Source of the DNA: Nitrospirota bacterium
GTDB lineage: Bacteria; Nitrospirota; UBA9217
Assembly (NCBI GenBank): GCA_035516155.1
Contig: DATJAP010000044.1
Coordinates: forward strand, 11,932 to 75,931
Length of the DNA stretch: 64,000 bases
Direction: 5' to 3'
Part shown: piece by piece, positions 60,608 through 64,000 of the stretch
Layout of the letters: every line of letters begins with the position of its first letter
Position numbering within the stretch: position 1 is the stretch's first letter
The notes under the pieces: generated by a model
Seen by the model: only the letters and a program-made list of their open reading frames with translations
Database searches by the model: none
Told to the model about the DNA's origin: nothing
Program-made: the position numbers and the translations under genes

Positions 60608-60988
60608 TCATGACATTAATAAATCCATTATAGGTTTGTTAAAATACTTCTGGTAATCTTCTCTTGACTTAAACACGTGGCACAGCCGGTTGTTTGCTCC
60701 TAGTTCAACTATCTTTCTCCACTGAGCTTCTCTCATATTTAAAGCAGTAACCATTTCAGCGAATATTGGCTGCAATGGTGTATGGCCTACATTACTAACC
60801 AGATATAATCCCTCAGCAAGATTTATTAATAATTTCTTTGTAAGTTTTCCACTGTGTAAAGGTGACATGCTATTTCCTCGCGTCCAATAAGCACATAAGG
60901 AATCCACAGACTTATGCTTGTTCCGATGAATCCGCGCACGTACCACGCCGGTAAAATAGTAGAGACCCCGTATGGTCAAAAAACTCAT
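60608..60988 (-). CDS. Hypothetical 126-aa protein translationally coupled to the transposase
   Basis: Its ATG overlaps the transposase stop (ATGA, 60985-60988). No family recognised. Confidence 0.5.
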   Translation of the reverse strand: MSFLTIRGLYYFTGVVRARIHRNKHKSVDSLCAYWTRGNSMSPLHSGKLTKKLLINLAEGLYLVSNVGHTPLQPIFAEMVTALNMREAQWRKIVELGANNRLCHVFKSREDYQKYFNKPIMDLLMS

Positions 60989-62115
60989 GCTGCCTCACTG
61001 TAATAATATTTGAGCAGTCCACCAATCCTCTTGCGGCATTTGACGGGATGGCCATGTCTATGCTCTGATTGTGGCACGGGGAATATCAGCACATTGCCTA
61101 TTCCTTGATGGTTTCGCTCTCGATGATAGTGATCAGTATACTCTCCTATGGCATGCCGAAGAGATCTCTCTCCAAATAGAACTATTTTTGATAGGCACTC
61201 TTCCTTGATGGACCTCACCCATCTCTCGGCATAAGCATTTAAATTCGGGCTGCGGGGAGGAAGGGCGATACTTCTGACTCCACCTCCCCTAAGTGTTTTC
61301 TGAAAGGATAGACAGAATTTTCCGTCCCGATCGTGGATCAACGACTGTCCGGAAGCGAGAAAGCCCCATTCATCCATAGTAATATTCCGGGCAATCTGAG
61401 TCATCCAGCTTTGATTTGGGTTTGGCGTTATACCCGCCACATGGATTTCTCTCGTACTGAGCCGGATGAAGAAGAGGATGTAATAGGTTGTCAAGCCGCA
61501 AGCGGTCCACACTTCCGCGGTGAAAAAATCCGCTGCCGCAAGTAGGTCCCAATGGGTGCGGATAAATTCTTTCCACGTGCTCGTCTTTTTCCGCTCGGGT
61601 GCAGGTGCTAGGTCGTGGCGTTTTAAGATATTTCCCACTGTCTGATCACTAACTGTATACCCCAGGTTGGCCAATGCCCCGACAATACGATCATAACCCC
61701 AGCTTCGATTTTCTTTCGCCAGGCGTACGATTAATGCTTTCAGTTCCGCTTCCGTCTCGGGTCTGCCAGGAGTTGATCTCTTTTTTGAACCATCGAATTT
61801 GCGTGCGATCAATCTGCGGTGCCATGATAAAATGGTCTCCGGCCTGACGATGTTGGCGACCTCGTCCAATGCCTTTTTCCCCAAACGCTTTCCGATCTCC
61901 GCCAAGGTCTTCCGCTCCCTGTCGGTAAGCCGCAGGCGGCCTTTAAGTTGATCCCGTAATATGCGGTTTTCTGTTACCAGGTATTCGTTCCGCAGAAGCA
62001 GTTCCTGATCAACAGTTCCAGAAATATAGGCAAGAAGTCGTTTCCAGTCCACGTCGTCCTCTCCCTGATATGTTTTTTGAAAAACATCAGAAAGAGTATA
62101 GCCGGTTGGATTCAT
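60985..62115 (-). CDS. DDE transposase with rve integrase core (IS481/IS3-like)
   Basis: N-terminal HTH region, DDE core (...WDLLAAADFFTAEVW...HDRDGKF...AYAERWVRSIKEECL), HRERNHQGIGN, C-terminal RIGGLLKYYY. Confidence 0.9.
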   Translation of the reverse strand: MNPTGYTLSDVFQKTYQGEDDVDWKRLLAYISGTVDQELLLRNEYLVTENRILRDQLKGRLRLTDRERKTLAEIGKRLGKKALDEVANIVRPETILSWHRRLIARKFDGSKKRSTPGRPETEAELKALIVRLAKENRSWGYDRIVGALANLGYTVSDQTVGNILKRHDLAPAPERKKTSTWKEFIRTHWDLLAAADFFTAEVWTACGLTTYYILFFIRLSTREIHVAGITPNPNQSWMTQIARNITMDEWGFLASGQSLIHDRDGKFCLSFQKTLRGGGVRSIALPPRSPNLNAYAERWVRSIKEECLSKIVLFGERSLRHAIGEYTDHYHRERNHQGIGNVLIFPVPQSEHRHGHPVKCRKRIGGLLKYYYSEAA

Positions 62116-62196
62116 GCGTGCAAGGGGAAAGGGGCGACAAACTATGTTAAAAAACCATGTAAAACAGACGGTTTGAATTTTTTGACCTTACGCCAT

Positions 62197-63171
62197 ATGG
62201 CAGCATTATATCAAAACGAATTATTTGAAATGACTACTGCGAGATCTGGGATGTCGAAGTTACAGCAATTTGGCATTACTTTTGGATATCGATTCGTTGT
62301 CATCTATATAGAACCGTCTGAATCCGAATTTATACGTGTTACGACGAATACAGCAAGGACTCAGCTGCTTATGAATAACGAACCCCTACCTTGGGCTGAC
62401 TGGGCAATTGAGTTTCGGGAAAATATGCCTGAGGATATCAAGCGACTGATTGAAGAAAAGGCTGCAGGCTCGGCAGCAACTGACCATACAAAGACAATTC
62501 GAGAGAGACTAAGAGATCTTTTAGGTTTGTATAATGTGAGCCGCTATAAACCGGTGCACGGGGGCACGATCCTTTTTGACGAGGACAGGATCATTCACGC
62601 CGGACCTTCACCTGAATCTGCCATCGTCAGTGGAAAAGGGGGTTTTAGCGAAGGCGCTGGAAGTGGAAAAGCAGGGCAGAAGGATGGCGGACTCGGAAAT
62701 GTTTACGCGCTGTTTGAGAAGAAGGATGGCACACCCGGGGAGAAAGTTAAAGCAGATCCATTTCCACGTACTCGTTGGATTAGTATTATCGATGGGACTC
62801 GTGAGTATGGAATGATTGAAGATCGAGCTGCCAAATATCTCGACGATCAAAATTTGCTTCTTATTAATGCTGACTTCCGTGTGTTTACCGACATGATAGA
62901 CCACTTTATGAATGATTTTGGAGGTTCAACAGGTATTAAAGATTTGGTTGTAGATACCGTTCATTCGTGGTTTGAACAGTCTCTAATCGAAACAATAATG
63001 GGTATCCATGCTTTACGTAATAGTAAAGAATGGTCTGTGCAGGATATTGAAGAGGCGTTATCAGAGGCTTCTTTAACAGCGGTAGTCGTGCAGAGGTATC
63101 ATATTGTCAATGCAGTTCGTCGGCACTTGGGAATTAAGCTGGGGGCGCAAATGATTGCATCGAAATCATGA
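62197..63171 (+). CDS. Hypothetical protein, possibly 5'-truncated by the IS
   Basis: Long ORF with protein-like composition (FGITFGYRFVVIYIEPSESEFIRVTTNTARTQLLMNNEPLPWADWAIEF...). The track ORF begins inside the transposase upstream region. The first plausible ATG (62197) has no SD. Confidence 0.55.
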   Translation: MAALYQNELFEMTTARSGMSKLQQFGITFGYRFVVIYIEPSESEFIRVTTNTARTQLLMNNEPLPWADWAIEFRENMPEDIKRLIEEKAAGSAATDHTKTIRERLRDLLGLYNVSRYKPVHGGTILFDEDRIIHAGPSPESAIVSGKGGFSEGAGSGKAGQKDGGLGNVYALFEKKDGTPGEKVKADPFPRTRWISIIDGTREYGMIEDRAAKYLDDQNLLLINADFRVFTDMIDHFMNDFGGSTGIKDLVVDTVHSWFEQSLIETIMGIHALRNSKEWSVQDIEEALSEASLTAVVVQRYHIVNAVRRHLGIKLGAQMIASKS

Positions 63172-63432
63172 TAGGTAAAAGTCCCATACTTGCATGCGTG
63201 AATGCTAACCATTTTTATCAAAAAGAGTCTTATAGCTTAGATAGCTTTTATAATCACCTTTTATTCTATCTTTGTCCAGTGCTTTCTTGTGGGTCTTAAG
63301 GAGTGAAAAATGTACAAGAAGTTAATGGCTTCTCCCAGAAGATTGTCCGCTATATTTCCATACGCCGAATCCGTACATATAAGCACTGGTTGTGCCTCTT
63401 AGAACGGCCCTTTTTTTCACAAGGAGGAGCTT

Positions 63433-63735
63433 ATGAGCATTTCAACAACTGGTTGGTCCAACAAAGGTGGCACCGCCGACAGAGCGTGCAGCTGTGGAAC
63501 ATGGAAACAACACTGGATAAATTTTTCTGAAAAAGCATGGCCCGCAAGCTGCTCAGTTGAAAGATGTTCCAATCTGCCCACTATAGGTGGTCACGTCATT
63601 AATCCGAGTGTGGACGGAGAGCGGATTGTTCCCATGTGCGATTCATGTAATAAGCTCAGCGGTACTTTCACGCTGAAGGGTGGCGTTTCTGTTCCAAGTG
63701 CTAACCAATCACAAACCTGCGCAAAAAAGGCATAA
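63433..63735 (+). CDS. Cys/His-rich 100-aa protein, possible His-Me-finger (endonuclease VII-like) fold
   Basis: AAGGAGG 6 nt upstream of the ATG. CSCGTWKQHW...CSVERC...GGHV...IVPMCDSCN pattern. Confidence 0.7.
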   Translation: MSISTTGWSNKGGTADRACSCGTWKQHWINFSEKAWPASCSVERCSNLPTIGGHVINPSVDGERIVPMCDSCNKLSGTFTLKGGVSVPSANQSQTCAKKA

Positions 63736-63799
63736 ACCGTCGTTCAAAGGGACGCTGAGCGATAAAGCCGCGCAGCGCCCCTGAACTCAAACGTTCATA
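63731..63799 (+). other. Integron attC-like recombination site
   Basis: cATAAAC-CGTC-GTTCAAAGGGACGCTG...CAGCGCCCCTGAAC-TCAAAC-GTTCATA. This has AAC/GTT cores, an imperfect L''/L' stem with an extrahelical A, and unequal spacers. It resembles the aadA-type GCCTAAC-AATTC-GTTCAAGCC...GGCTTAAC-TCAAGC-GTTAGGC. The ORF stop codon lies inside the R'' box. Confidence 0.5.
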
Positions 63800-64000
63800 T
63801 GCAGGTTTCAACCGGGATTCCGCAATTTTTTTTGCACGCACTGGTGCAAGATCGTAGGTGAGGAATACAACATCTGGAAATTTGGTAAATACCCTATTTC
63901 AAGGTGAAGCATGGTTACGAATAGCGTTTAAAGTAACTGTCAGCACAAATACTTTTCACTATAAATAAAATGAAGCCTCTTTCGAAAACAGAACTACAAT

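Larger units (their letters stand above)
60608..62115 (-). mobile_element. IS-like element core (transposase plus coupled ORF); termini not resolved
   Basis: The two-gene transposition module interrupts AT-rich accessory DNA. No convincing inverted repeats could be defined by eye; candidate ends are about 60300-60600 and 62120-62195. Confidence 0.5.

Overview
Bacterial chromosomal window made of two very different parts. (1) About 1-52.7 kb is a tightly packed, GC-richer housekeeping backbone. It holds an MshEN-domain secretion-ATPase fragment, ttcA and a Zn-ribbon/histone-H1-like Lys-Ala-rich protein. Next come class II (B12) ribonucleotide reductase nrdJ behind a tandem NrdR-box pair, a Usp protein and an atypical kinase-like protein. 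These are followed by scpA-HEAT-scpB with a MinD/ParA-like ATPase and a degenerate J-domain/HTH protein, then a CusCBA/CzcCBA-type RND efflux operon, transaldolase, a CCG/Fe-S protein and purH. A membrane-anchored SMC-like ATPase heads a tmk-holB-PSP1-metG-tatD(radical SAM fusion) string. The backbone continues with a PabB/TrpE-family enzyme, a pterin/folate block (PCD, SDR, folB, folK, folE), a DUF721 protein, galT-glgA, a multi-GAF histidine kinase plus receiver, and an RlmD-type methyltransferase. It ends with an ADH, a frameshifted nitroreductase, a C-N hydrolase and a five-haem cytochrome c interrupted by an in-frame TGA. (2) About 52.8-64 kb is visibly more AT-rich mosaic accessory DNA. 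It contains two diverged copies of a ~195-nt element with phased sub-repeats, YihY and YtxH genes, a frameshifted HTH gene and a methyltransferase-remnant/GT2 fusion. It also holds a TMTC-like TPR membrane protein, a serine-recombinase remnant, an rve-transposase IS with a coupled 126-aa ORF, an orphan 324-aa ORF and a Cys-rich 100-aa ORF followed by an integron attC-like site. No rRNA, tRNA or CRISPR array was recognised. The strongest second-look items are the TGA-interrupted cytochrome (Sec recoding versus a lesion), the phased-repeat element at the backbone/island junction, the attC-like site with its cassette-like ORF, the HEAT protein between scpA and scpB, and a ~320-nt region closed by a 14-bp long-range helix plus T-tract. 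All functional calls rest on motif recognition by eye; no database search was run.
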